Source: Sarea resinae (lineage: Eukaryota). From it: 64,000 nucleotides of DNA. The notes beneath the pieces are model-generated. The model ran no database searches, was not told where the DNA came from, and saw only the letters and a list, made by a program, of their open reading frames with translations. The position numbers and the translations under genes were made by a program. Below, piece by piece: positions 63,108 to 64,000 of this stretch; position 1 is the first letter of the stretch, and every line of letters starts with the position of its first letter. The stretch covers positions 496,001-560,000 of the forward strand of contig JAPEUD010000008.1 of NCBI GenBank assembly GCA_026026165.1, read 5' to 3'.

Positions 63108-64000
63108 ATGTCGTTCATACGACGGCGCATTCTCGGCGACTCGCCCGCGGCCTCGACAGAGCCCTCGCGCGAGGTCACCCCCGAGAAGGGCGAAGAAGTG
63201 CGGATGGTGTCGGTGGCAAAGCTGAACAAATTGAAACACAAAGGTCGGAAGCGCCGGAATGGGATCGTCTTTACGCTGGGAGGGTTGGTCGGCCTGGTTC
63301 TGGCGGCTTTTTTTGCGGATAGACACGACGTCATACAATTGGACTCGTTGACCGATTTCAATATGGATGCCTTGATGGACGCTATCCCCGCTGGGATATT
63401 GCGAGACGCACGGGAGCTGTCGGTATGCTATATCGCAGCTTGTTTTCCGCAATTTCATCTCACCCGGAAATAACGATTGAGGCTAATGATCTTCTCCTCT
63501 TGTCAGCAACATGAACGCGATGCCGTAAACTACGATTCCTTCGCCGTGGGCATGCAACTTCGCAACCAAGGCATTACCGCCAACCATCCCGTCATCATGG
63601 TCCCGGGAGTCATCTCGACTGGCTTAGAAAGCTGGGGAACCGGCGAGGCCTCACGCCAGTATTTCAGGAAAAGGCTTTGGGGAAGCTGGAGCATGATGCG
63701 CGCGCTAGTCATGGATCAAGCAAGTTGGAAGCAGCACATCATGCTTGACAAATACTCGGGATTGGACCCACCAGGCATCAAGCTTCGAGCTGCGCAAGGC
63801 TTCGACGCGACGGACTTCTTTGTGACGGGATATTGGATATGGAATAAGATTCTGGAGAACCTGGCGACTATTGGCTATGACCCTACCAATGCTTTTACGG
63901 CGGCCTACGACTGGCGGCTGTCGTATATGAACATGGAAGTCAGGGATGCCTACTTCACTCGGCTGAAGAATCACATTGAAACGGCGGTCCAGATCTCGGG
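63108..64000 (+). CDS. LRO1: Phospholipid:diacylglycerol acyltransferase (LCAT family), truncated by the window end
   Basis: Basic KGRKRRN followed by a TM helix. After intron 63423-63506: HPVIMVPGVISTGLESW, YFRKRLWGSW, GLDPPGIKLRAAQG, GYWIWNKILENLA, AYDWRLS. Confidence 0.95.

Overview
Eukaryotic DNA from a filamentous ascomycete (Pezizomycotina-type). Introns are mostly 50-70 nt GT-AG with CTRAY branch sites, so most ORF-track entries are exon fragments or shadow ORFs. I reconstructed 20 protein-coding genes by hand. Recognisable ones are CHL1, a Chs4/Skt5-type SEL1-repeat chitin synthase activator, HOP2, a Lee1/Cps3 CCCH protein, HEM4, ERV1, a Fus3/Kss1 MAPK, SEC24, COP1, a Reb1-like Myb protein, a CorA-family transporter, RPL28, CDC7, condensin YCS4/Cnd1, MAK3 and the 5' part of LRO1. 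Four more are proteins of unknown function. I found no tRNA, rRNA, CRISPR array or intact transposon; two stretches look like RIP-decayed relics. This is a housekeeping region, and I cannot support a claim of a new multi-gene system. The most interesting signals concern RNA processing. These are a 5-nt micro-exon inside the CHL1 Walker A motif, a last intron splitting the Chs4 CaaX box, a stop-free 75-nt exitron-like segment in YCS4, and micro-exons plus a GC-AG intron in HOP2. Others are a long ATG-depleted MAPK leader with one uORF, a hidden myristoylation-type N-terminus on the Myb protein, and a candidate spliced non-coding or micropeptide transcript in the 6.4-kb gene-free interval. All exon boundaries are manual predictions without transcript data.
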